A stretch of 47,762 bases of DNA, from assembly GCA_964652805.1 (NCBI GenBank), contig CAZZBJ010000001.1:1-47762 (forward strand). Reading direction: 5' to 3'. Positions 9,926-18,527 of this stretch are shown one piece after another (the first letter of the stretch is position 1; every line of letters begins with the position of its first letter). The notes under the pieces are model-generated. The model saw nothing but the letters and a program-made list of their open reading frames with translations. It did not search any database and had not been told where the DNA came from. This DNA comes from an uncultured Mordavella sp. GTDB lineage: Bacteria > Bacillota > Clostridia > Lachnospirales > Lachnospiraceae. Both the position numbers and the translations under genes were made by a program.

Positions 9926-10499
9926 GAAGATCCGAAGGTGATCTCCTCCTGATACTGGTAAGCTGCATTGCTCGTGATACCGGCCGGGCAGCTCTCCAGA
10001 CACATGATGCAGCCTGTGGCGTACTCCTGATTTACCTCCAGGTTGCCGCCGAAGCGTATGTCCATATCCCTCTCCTCTGAGGCCGTAAACAGATCCGCAA
10101 AGGAGCAGTTCTCCGTACCGATCTCCACATTCACATCCAGCCCGGTTCCCTCGATGATGCCGTCGGAGTCATCCAGAGCGATGTTGTTGCCATCCTGGGC
10201 GCCCAGTTGCTTCAGGGCATCATAGAACTCCTCTGTGTCCGCTGCTGTGGTAAATAAGGACTTGTCCGCATTGGAGCCCTCCTCATTTACGATGGCGTGG
10301 ATTGTCGACTCGTCGTAGCCGGTGGAAAGAATGTTCATGGAGATGGTCTTCGACTCCTCGTCCACTGTCAGGGCGTCCGTCTCCTCCTGCGCCTCCTGTG
10401 TCGACTCCTCTGCGCTGTCACTGCCTGCGTCCTCCTGGGCTCCGCATCCGGTCATTCCCAGCGTCAGAAGCAGTGCAAGAAATACTGCTGTTTTTTCAT
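9926..10499 (-). pseudogene. YdjY-domain lipoprotein, frameshifted after the start codon and apparently C-terminally truncated
   Basis: AGGAGG RBS and ATG 10499 read MKKQQYFLHCF*; one extra A restores MKKTAVFLALLLTLGMTGC (lipobox); body has IRFGGN...TGCIMCLESCPAGITSN. Confidence 0.7.
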
Positions 10500-10696
10500 A
10501 AACTTTTCCTCCTTTTGTTAAAAACCAAACATTGTTTTTCCTTTATCTTAACCTCGCCCCCTCTCAAAATCCAATCAGTATTTTCAATATATTCTTTTAT
10601 ATATTTTCTTTTTCTATATATTATCATCCTGTCTTCAGAAATCCCCCCGCCCCGCTGGCTACAGCCGGGAAACAGCGTCCGATGCATTTTTTTAAT

Positions 10697-11014
10697 TTAA
10701 GCCTGCACACCCAGCAGATCTTTGATCTCCTCCTTGCCCTGGGCGCCGATGGCCATGTTCACCTTCTTACCGTCCTTGAATACGATGAGAGTGGGAATGG
10801 ACATCACTCTGTACTGCTTTGCCAGCTCCATCTCCTCATCCACATTGACCTTGCCGATCTTCACGCCTGTCAGCTCATCGGAGAGCTCCTCGATAATGGG
10901 GCTCACCATCCGGCAGGGCCCGCACCAGGTTGCCCAGAAGTCTACCAGTACCGGCACGTCTGACTGTAATACCTCTTTTTCAAAATTATCCTTTGTAAAA
11001 TGTAATGCTGCCAT
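10697..11014 (-). CDS. trxA: Thioredoxin
   Basis: 105 aa; VLVDFWATWCGPCRM, MSIPTL. Confidence 0.97.
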   Translation of the reverse strand: MAALHFTKDNFEKEVLQSDVPVLVDFWATWCGPCRMVSPIIEELSDELTGVKIGKVNVDEEMELAKQYRVMSIPTLIVFKDGKKVNMAIGAQGKEEIKDLLGVQA

Positions 11015-11058
11015 ATCATCAATTCCTCCCTTTGGATTTGTTTTTTGTTTCAGTCCCT

Positions 11059-11099
11059 ATTATACACGATCCGGAAGGTTTTTCTGTAACCAGGTCACA
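11059..11099 (-). promoter_or_regulatory. trxA promoter with a Crp/Fnr-type box
   Basis: TGTAAC-CAG-GTCACA near-palindrome at 11085-11099; minus-strand TATAAT at 11064-11059; box centre falls near -41. Confidence 0.55.
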
Positions 11100-11214
11100 T
11101 TCTTTTCATTTTTTATATTCTCAGTTTTAGCCTCCCGAAGCAAGGGCAGTTCCACAAGGACCTGTGCCCCGCCGGGGAACTTTCCTGCCTTACATCTGAA
11201 AGTATAGCAGGCGG

Positions 11215-11231
11215 TTATAAAGAATTTATAA
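11215..11231. promoter_or_regulatory. Candidate LysR-type binding site
   Basis: TTATAA-agaat-TTATAA palindrome containing T-N11-A, upstream of the LysR gene. Confidence 0.45.
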
Positions 11232-11302
11232 GGAAGGGGTAAATATGCTATAATAGCTTACAGAACAGGCTTTCAAATGCCGGAAAAGGAGTTGACATTT
11301 CT

Positions 11303-12211
11303 ATGAACATAAAGGACCTGGAATATTTTCAGGCAATCTGCCGGGAAAAAAGCATCACAAGGGCAGCCAAGCTGCTGTATCTCTCTCCCCAGGGACTGAG
11401 CCGTATCCTGCAGAATATGGAAGCAGAGCTTAACACGACCCTCCTCATCCGCAGCAAGAGCGGGATCCATCTCACAGAGAGCGGTCAGGCCCTTCTCAAG
11501 TACGCCGCAGGCATCACAGGCTCCTGGTACGGCCTGGAGCAGGAGATTAAAAATATCGAGAGCCGCCGCAGAGGCGAGGTGGATCTGCTCTCTGCCTACG
11601 GCATCCTGCGCCTCCTCACACCGGACTGCCTCATGGATTTTAAAAAGAACCACCCGGATATTACCTTCACCTACCGGGAGTTTCCTGACTGCCAAGTGGA
11701 GCGCCTCTTCCTTAAAAAGGAAGGCAATCTGGCCTTCTCCATTGGGCCTTTCCAGAGCGGCCTGTACAATGTCACCAAGCTGGAAAGCTTTCCCATCAAG
11801 CTGCTGGTGAACAGGCGCCACCCTTTGAGCAGCCGCAGCTCTGTCACCATCCGGGATCTGCAGGGGGAGAAGCTTTACATCGAGAACAGCGAGTTCAAGA
11901 TCTATCACCTGATCTATGACCGGTGCATAAAAGCCGGATTTACCCCGGACATTGCCTTTGAGACAAGCGGCTTCAGCCTCTGCCACAAGATGTGCGCCCA
12001 GAACAGGGGCATCTCCGTGACCGTGGACTTTATCTTTGACGATATGAGCCATCCAGACATAGTCATGATCCCCTTCTCAGATGGTCTGTACGAGTGGAAG
12101 GCCTGCATGCTGACCCGGAGAGGAGAATATGTGAACCAGGAGACAGGACTCTTTCAGCGCCACGTGATGCGCTGGATGCAGGACATCGCCGCCGGAAAAA
12201 TCCAGCGCTGA
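11303..12211 (+). CDS. LysR family transcriptional regulator
   Basis: 302 aa; SITRAAKLLYLSPQGLSRILQNMEAEL HTH followed by a substrate-binding domain. Confidence 0.95.
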   Translation: MNIKDLEYFQAICREKSITRAAKLLYLSPQGLSRILQNMEAELNTTLLIRSKSGIHLTESGQALLKYAAGITGSWYGLEQEIKNIESRRRGEVDLLSAYGILRLLTPDCLMDFKKNHPDITFTYREFPDCQVERLFLKKEGNLAFSIGPFQSGLYNVTKLESFPIKLLVNRRHPLSSRSSVTIRDLQGEKLYIENSEFKIYHLIYDRCIKAGFTPDIAFETSGFSLCHKMCAQNRGISVTVDFIFDDMSHPDIVMIPFSDGLYEWKACMLTRRGEYVNQETGLFQRHVMRWMQDIAAGKIQR

Positions 12212-12475
12212 CCCCTTTTGAGAGAATTTTCCCTACCTGCAGGGTATCTCTGATCTGTTGTCATCTGTCAAAAAAACAGATAGGAAAACTGTGATTTTGC
12301 CTTTTTGGTACTGTCCTTTCCGGTTTCTCTGTCTGTTTTTTGTGCAGATTTCTCTATTTATCGCTCCCATCTATGATCAATGTTTCTTATCGATATTCTC
12401 GATGTTCCAGAGTGCTTTTCATCCTTTATAATAGACGTGACAAAACCATCTCATTGTACAAAGGAGGAAATCATC

Positions 12476-12967
12476 ATGTTAAAACTGAAACAGGAAGTAA
12501 GTCCGGAGAAAGTGAGAAAGGATGCGGAGGAATACTACAGAGGCGGCTTCTTCTGCTGTGAGGCCATCATGGCATCCATACGGGACAATTTTGAGCTGGA
12601 TGTGCCAAAAGAAGTCATCGCCATGTCATCCGGCATGTCTGTTGGCGCCGGGCGCTCCGGCTGCATGTGCGGCGCACTCAACGGAGGCATCCTGGCTCTT
12701 GGCATGCTCTTTGGGCGCACAGAGCAAGGCGGCCCCCAGGATCCGAAGGTTGTAAAATGCATGGGGCTGACCAACGAGCTGCACACCTGGTTCCGCACAG
12801 AGAACGGGAAGAACTCTGTCTGTTGCCGTGTACTCACCAAAGAGTTTGACATGGGAAAAGGTGAGCACAAGGAGCAGTGCATCCGCTTCACCGGCATGTG
12901 CGCCTGGAAGGTGGCTGACATCATCATCCGCGAGTGCAACCTGAAAAATCTGGACGAGGCAGCCTAA
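12476..12967 (+). CDS. C_GCAxxG_C_C family putative redox-active protein
   Basis: Start at ATG 12476 after AAGGAGG; FFCCE, GCMCGALNGG, VCCR, QC motifs. Confidence 0.88.
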   Translation: MLKLKQEVSPEKVRKDAEEYYRGGFFCCEAIMASIRDNFELDVPKEVIAMSSGMSVGAGRSGCMCGALNGGILALGMLFGRTEQGGPQDPKVVKCMGLTNELHTWFRTENGKNSVCCRVLTKEFDMGKGEHKEQCIRFTGMCAWKVADIIIRECNLKNLDEAA

Positions 12968-12997
12968 AGGCTGTCCGGTGAAAGGAGGTCATATCCT

Positions 12998-13918
12998 ATG
13001 CTGAAAAGATTACCACTTCCCGTCACCGGGGTGGCTTTAGGCACGGCTGCCCTGGGAAATCTGATCGAGAGCTGGTCGGCGGGCCTGCGCCTCGTGTGCG
13101 GCGCCATTGCCCTTGTGCTTCTCCTTCTCTACATCATAAAGATCGTCCTTTACCCGGCCGCCTTTAAGGAGGACATGCAAAATCCCATTATGGCCAGCGT
13201 GTTCGGCACCTTCTCCATGGCTGTCATGCTCCTTGCCGGGTACGCAAAGCCCTTCATCGGAGGGGCGGCTGACATCATATGGTACGCAGGCATATTGATA
13301 CATATAGCGCTGATCATCTATTTTACTGCAAAATTCATGGTAAAGCCTGCACTTCCCAAGGTGTTCGCCAGCTATTTCATCGTGTATGTGGGCATTGCGG
13401 TGGCAAGCGTCACGGCCCCCGCCTTCGGGGCACAGGGCATCGGACAGGCCGCCTTCTGGTTCGCCTTTGTCCTGCTGCTTCTTCTGCTTGTTCTCGTCAC
13501 ATACCGCTATGTGAAGGTAAAAGAAGTCCCGGCGCCGGCAAAGCCGCTCTTTTGCATCTACACAGCTCCAACCAGCCTGTGCCTTGCCGGATATATGCAG
13601 TCATTCCCCGAGAAGTCACTGGGATTGGCAGCCTTCATTGCAGCACTCTCCTTTATCCTCTATATCGTTGTGCTGGTAAAGCTGCCCTCTTATCTGAAAA
13701 TGCCCTTTTTTCCAAGCTATGCGGCATTTACCTTCCCTTTCGTGATCTCAGCCATCGGCATGAAGATGATGAACGCCTATCTTACAACCAGCGGACATCC
13801 GCTGCCGGGACTTGATATTCTGGTCCTCATCCAGACTATCATCGCCTGCCTTTTGGTTGTCTACACACTTGTTCGGTACGGCATGTTCGTCTCCGAAACC
13901 AACGCTTGCGAAAAATGA
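12998..13918 (+). CDS. TDT/SLAC1 family (tellurite-resistance/dicarboxylate) transporter
   Basis: 306 aa multi-pass membrane protein; SYFIVYVGI, CIYTAPTSLCLAGY, PSYAAFTFPFVISA. Confidence 0.88.
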   Translation: MLKRLPLPVTGVALGTAALGNLIESWSAGLRLVCGAIALVLLLLYIIKIVLYPAAFKEDMQNPIMASVFGTFSMAVMLLAGYAKPFIGGAADIIWYAGILIHIALIIYFTAKFMVKPALPKVFASYFIVYVGIAVASVTAPAFGAQGIGQAAFWFAFVLLLLLLVLVTYRYVKVKEVPAPAKPLFCIYTAPTSLCLAGYMQSFPEKSLGLAAFIAALSFILYIVVLVKLPSYLKMPFFPSYAAFTFPFVISAIGMKMMNAYLTTSGHPLPGLDILVLIQTIIACLLVVYTLVRYGMFVSETNACEK

Positions 13919-14695
13919 TCACCGTACTTTACTGATATAACAAATCATGTCATCTACATCATGGTCATCATGATCATAAATATATACTTCTGCTTTTATT
14001 TGCGGGTTTAAGGAATACTCAAACGGTATTCCTTTTACTTTTTGTTCAAGATACTGCCTGGCACATGCATCATATTTTTCAAGAATCTGCATATCCATCA
14101 TCCGAAAATGATGTCCGGTTGTAAAACACTTCAGATTGAGTCTGCTGATCTTATCCAATGTTTTCAGATAATCCTCGCCAGTTAAGGATTCAGGAAAAAA
14201 CATACAGATATTAGGAGTCAATGCATCACCCGATAACAGAAGAGAATCTTCCTCACAATAGAGTCCAATACTTCCAGGGGTATGCGCAGGTAATGCTATG
14301 ACCCGAAATTTCTTGTTGCCAATGTCTATAACATCTTGCTCACAAATTTCCTGCAAATGCTCTTCTGACCATACGTTCAAACTCTTCTGGATTTCTTGGA
14401 TTTCAGCCGGCAGATTCGGCAGTTTACGGTCATATGCCGCAGTCAAAGGCCAGTCTGCACGGCTCATATACGCTTGTTCAAAATACCGATCTCCTCCGCA
14501 ATGATCCAGATGTCCATGACTGTTGACCACAATCAGCTCCTTTTGTGTAATCGTCTCTGCATATTTCTTAATATTTTCCACACCACAAGTCGTGTCAAAC
14601 AGAAGTGCTTTCTCGCTTCCTACTACCAACGTACATACATAATTATAAATATCTTTGATTAGGAAAACCTGATCCAGAATCTCTCTGTGTTCCAT
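13919..14695 (-). CDS. MBL-fold metallo-hydrolase
   Basis: 258 aa; NSHGHLDHCGG, AHTPGS, LSGDA, TGH. Confidence 0.92.
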   Translation of the reverse strand: MEHREILDQVFLIKDIYNYVCTLVVGSEKALLFDTTCGVENIKKYAETITQKELIVVNSHGHLDHCGGDRYFEQAYMSRADWPLTAAYDRKLPNLPAEIQEIQKSLNVWSEEHLQEICEQDVIDIGNKKFRVIALPAHTPGSIGLYCEEDSLLLSGDALTPNICMFFPESLTGEDYLKTLDKISRLNLKCFTTGHHFRMMDMQILEKYDACARQYLEQKVKGIPFEYSLNPQIKAEVYIYDHDDHDVDDMICYISKVR

Positions 14696-14760
14696 CGTTA
14701 TTTATTCCTTCTCTATTTCACAACGTCAAACTCGTCCCAGACCAGTTTTTCAGAATGTTC

Positions 14761-15420
14761 CTATACTGCCTGGTCAGCTGCAATCAACGCCTGCATGGCT
14801 TCTACGGCTTCTTGCGGCATTGGTTCATATGTTCCAAGAGTTTTGGCAATAACCGTTGTCTGTGCCATTTCTTCCGTATAAATCGTAGCATGCATAGCTG
14901 CCTTCATATCTTTTCCACAAGAGAACATACCATGATTCTTAATCAGGCAGACACGTCCTGTCTCACCTATTGTCTTTGCAACTTTGTCTGCAACATCATT
15001 TGATCCAGGCATTGTAAAACTTACAATACCAACTGGCGTAAACTCACACTGAGGAGGCGTAATCGGAATAAGTTCCGGGTTCTCTCCCATTGCGCAGATT
15101 GTTGCATACATACTATGTGTGTGAACCGTTGCATTTACATCCTCTCTCGCACGCATAACGGCTGTGTGCATCGGCACCTCAGATGACGGCTTATACGGTC
15201 CGTCAATCCATTCGTTCGTTCCGTCCTCTTTCATCTGAACAACAGCAATATCTTCTGGCTTCATTCCTGTATAAGAGATTCCACTGGGAGTGATTGCAAC
15301 AATATTTCGGTCTTCTGAATCTCTCATTGCAATATTTCCGGACGTTCCATTGATCAGTCCTTTTTCAACTGCTTCCGTAATCGCCTCTAAAACAATTTTT
15401 CTGATTTTTTCATATTTCAT
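14761..15420 (-). CDS. Class II aldolase/adducin family protein (fuculose-1-phosphate aldolase-like)
   Basis: 219 aa; GTSGNI, ITPSG, KPSSEVPMH, VHTHS, KNHG. Confidence 0.92.
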   Translation of the reverse strand: MKYEKIRKIVLEAITEAVEKGLINGTSGNIAMRDSEDRNIVAITPSGISYTGMKPEDIAVVQMKEDGTNEWIDGPYKPSSEVPMHTAVMRAREDVNATVHTHSMYATICAMGENPELIPITPPQCEFTPVGIVSFTMPGSNDVADKVAKTIGETGRVCLIKNHGMFSCGKDMKAAMHATIYTEEMAQTTVIAKTLGTYEPMPQEAVEAMQALIAADQAV

Positions 15421-15461
15421 TTTTTATGTTTCCTTTCTGCCGATTTTTACGTCACTATCAT

Positions 15462-17432
15462 TTACAAACGCATTGCTGCATAATACGCTTCATTCGTTGC
15501 ATGGTAAATCTGTCCAACATTTTTGCAATCGCCTATCACATAGTATTCGTCTGCCATTTCACACAAAGCATCTACCTTATCATATGGAGCACGGAAGCCA
15601 AGCGCACAGACAACCGAATCCGCCTCAATCACAAATTCTTTTCCATCCTTCTCACAAAGAACACCCTCTGGAATGATTTCTTTTACTTTTGTGCTTACAT
15701 AGCTGACTGCTGCTTTTTCAATCTCCGGCATCAGACCGCCTCTGTAGAAGGAATTGACCTCCATAGCGATTGCTTCTTTCATCTCAATAACAGACACTTC
15801 CTTGCCTTCATGATGGAAAGAAACTGCTGCCTCTCCTCCAACAAGACCTCCGCCCATAATTGCAACCTTCTTACCTAGTTTCTCCGGGTGAAGCTCCGCA
15901 TCAATCGCCATGATCACATGCGGAAGATCCATCCCCTTGATCGGCGGACGCAGCTCATTAGAACCAATTGCAACGAATAATGCATCCGGATCAAACTCCT
16001 TTACATATTCCGGAGTTACTTCTGTATTGAAAACAACTTTTACTCCAGCCTCTTCTACTCTGCGAATCAGTACCTTACAGAATTTCACAATATCCTCTTT
16101 GAAGTATGGCGCTCCGGCAGGATGAAGATTTCCGCCAAGCTTATCGGATTTTTCTACCAATGTTACGTCATGGCCTCTGTTTGCAGCAGTAATCGCTGCT
16201 TCCATACCGCCGGGACCTCCTCCGGCAATCAGTACCTTTTTCACCTTCTCCGGTGCTTTTCGTCCGTATTTCTCCGGAAGCTGCTGCCCCATCGTCGGAT
16301 TGACTGTACACTTTACCGTTTCACTCTTACCAGTCTCACCAAAACATTCATAACATCTCAGGCACGGAGTAATGTCATCTGCACGACCCTCCCATGCCTT
16401 TTTCGCAAGATACGGATCCGCCAGCAAAGCACGTCCGATCTCAACGATATCTGCCTGACCGGTGGCAATGATCTCTTCCATCTGCGCCGGGTCATTTAAG
16501 GAACCAACACAGGCAACCGGAGTTTTTACATGCTTCTTAATCTCCGCTGCCAGATATACATTGACACCTCTCGGGTAGAATGCAGACGGATGGGTGCGGC
16601 AGAACATAGCCGGATCCTCATGATTTCCGCAGGAGACATTGAACAGATCCACCTTGTCATCGATCATCTGCGCAACCTTGATACAGTCCTCCATTCCCAG
16701 TCCTGCCTCTGTAAGGTCATCACCGGAAATTCTTGCTTCAATCGGGAATGTAGGTCCGACTCCCTCCCTGACGGCATCAATTGCCATCATCAAGAATCTT
16801 GCGCGGTTTTCCAGAGAGCCTCCGAATTCATCGGTCCTTTTATTTAACACCGGTGAAAGGAACTGTGAGAACAGCCATCCATGCGCAGCGTGAACCTGGA
16901 CCATGTCAAATCCGCAGTCCTTACAAAGCTTTGCACCTGTCTTATAAGACTCAACGATTTCCAGGATCATCTCCTTAGACATCTCCTGTACCTCTCCTTC
17001 AGGAGTAATCTCGTAGCTTACACCATATGCAGCCTCACAGGTATCCTGATCCCCGCCAACGCTTGCAAGTCCGCCATATTTTCCACCGTGGGAAAGCTGA
17101 ATATTGGCATAGGCTCCTGCGTTGTGAATCGCTCTTGCAGTCTGAGCCATTCCCTGTTTTACACCAAAGGAATCTAACTGCAGCTGCTTATTGTGTGATT
17201 TTCCGGTTGCGGAATGTACAATTGACTCACCATATGTCACAACACCGACACCGCCCATTGCTTTTTCTTCAAGATATGCAGTCATCTCCGGCGTAAAATG
17301 TCCCTCTGTTGTAATCATACTGGGGCTTGTAGGCGCTGCGATGATTCGGTTCTTCATTCTGATATTTCCGATACGGATCGGAGAAAACAAATGAGGATAC
17401 TTTTCCTTCCCTTTACAAGTTCTTGCACTCAT
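15462..17432 (-). CDS. NADH:flavin oxidoreductase (OYE barrel, 4Fe-4S and FAD/NAD domain; BaiCD/2,4-dienoyl-CoA reductase architecture)
   Basis: Start ATG 17432 after GAGGAGG; QLSHGG, HAAHGWLFSQFLSP..NKRTDEFGGSLENRARF, CLRCYEC...C, IAGGGPGGMEAA. Confidence 0.92.
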   Translation of the reverse strand: MSARTCKGKEKYPHLFSPIRIGNIRMKNRIIAAPTSPSMITTEGHFTPEMTAYLEEKAMGGVGVVTYGESIVHSATGKSHNKQLQLDSFGVKQGMAQTARAIHNAGAYANIQLSHGGKYGGLASVGGDQDTCEAAYGVSYEITPEGEVQEMSKEMILEIVESYKTGAKLCKDCGFDMVQVHAAHGWLFSQFLSPVLNKRTDEFGGSLENRARFLMMAIDAVREGVGPTFPIEARISGDDLTEAGLGMEDCIKVAQMIDDKVDLFNVSCGNHEDPAMFCRTHPSAFYPRGVNVYLAAEIKKHVKTPVACVGSLNDPAQMEEIIATGQADIVEIGRALLADPYLAKKAWEGRADDITPCLRCYECFGETGKSETVKCTVNPTMGQQLPEKYGRKAPEKVKKVLIAGGGPGGMEAAITAANRGHDVTLVEKSDKLGGNLHPAGAPYFKEDIVKFCKVLIRRVEEAGVKVVFNTEVTPEYVKEFDPDALFVAIGSNELRPPIKGMDLPHVIMAIDAELHPEKLGKKVAIMGGGLVGGEAAVSFHHEGKEVSVIEMKEAIAMEVNSFYRGGLMPEIEKAAVSYVSTKVKEIIPEGVLCEKDGKEFVIEADSVVCALGFRAPYDKVDALCEMADEYYVIGDCKNVGQIYHATNEAYYAAMRL

Positions 17433-17445
17433 CACAAACCTCCTC

Positions 17446-18501
17446 TTATTTGCGAACCTTCCAGATATATTTTCTCGGTTCACCCTTCAAATATGCTGTA
17501 ACTTCTTCACCCATCATTGTTCCTGACCATCCGTCAACATCTGTTGTAAGTCCTGCCATATGAGGGGTACATACAACGTTTCTCATAGAGAGAAGCGGAT
17601 TGTTTGCCGGAACCGGCTCCTCCCAGTAAACATCGATCGCTGCACCGGCAATCTGTTTGTTCTGAAGCGCTTCGATAAAGTCCCTCTGATCAATGACATA
17701 TGCTCTTGCTGTATTGATCACATATGCTGTTGGCTTCATCCTGCTGAACCAGTCCTTATTCACAATTGCCTTGCAGGATGGGATAGTTGGCAGATGAACG
17801 GAAAGAATATCGCACTCTGAGAGCATCTCATCAAGTTCCACTTTTTCAGCGCCGTCCGCTGTCATCCTCTCTTCCGGACAGAACGGATCATATGCAAGAA
17901 TTTCCATTCCAAAAGCCTTTGCCCTTACGGCAACCTCACGTCCGATCGCGCCATATCCTGCAATACCAAGTTTCTTTCCGTAAAGCTCAAATCCATAACC
18001 ATAATCAGAGAAAGGATGTTTCTCATCAAGCGGTCCAAAGGTTACATTCGGAACGATCTCAACATCGTAAATATTTTCCTTCGCAGGTCCTGTATGCTCT
18101 CCTTTGTTAAGACCGATCGCTGACATGACCATTCTTCTTGTAGATGCGATCATAAGTCCTATCGTATACTCTGCCACAGCTACACGGTTTCTTCCCGGTG
18201 TATAGGAAAGTTCCAGGCCAGCCTCTTTGATTGCGTCATGATCTACCGTTGCAGGTGTTCCCTTTGCAACACCCATGAATTTCATTCCTGACTCAGCCCA
18301 TGCCTTGATCGTCTCCGCTCCGGCATACTCATCTCCCAGAACAACCAGCTCATGTCCCATACATTCTTCTCTTGTCATATCCTCTGTAACGTTACCTTTC
18401 CCATGTTTTAATTCTCCGCAGATCGTAACCTCACACTGTTCATTGATAAATGACATATATTTCTCCGGAATGGATGTGCAAAGAGCCATTTTCTTTTTCA
18501 T
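17446..18501 (-). CDS. D-isomer-specific 2-hydroxyacid dehydrogenase family protein
   Basis: 351 aa; TPGRN..AVAE, GYGAIG, INTAR, DVYWEEP, TPHMAG. Confidence 0.9.
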   Translation of the reverse strand: MKKKMALCTSIPEKYMSFINEQCEVTICGELKHGKGNVTEDMTREECMGHELVVLGDEYAGAETIKAWAESGMKFMGVAKGTPATVDHDAIKEAGLELSYTPGRNRVAVAEYTIGLMIASTRRMVMSAIGLNKGEHTGPAKENIYDVEIVPNVTFGPLDEKHPFSDYGYGFELYGKKLGIAGYGAIGREVAVRAKAFGMEILAYDPFCPEERMTADGAEKVELDEMLSECDILSVHLPTIPSCKAIVNKDWFSRMKPTAYVINTARAYVIDQRDFIEALQNKQIAGAAIDVYWEEPVPANNPLLSMRNVVCTPHMAGLTTDVDGWSGTMMGEEVTAYLKGEPRKYIWKVRK

Positions 18502-18527
18502 TTTCGTTTCCTCCGTTTCGTAATTTT

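Noticed and set aside
9649-10455. 268-aa ORF as an intact gene
   Set aside because: It lacks its signal peptide start, and its tail reads through a terminator hairpin; better explained as a damaged ydjY.
15462-17432. baiCD/baiH bile-acid operon
   Set aside because: Same architecture only; no baiA, baiB or baiF-like genes in the window.
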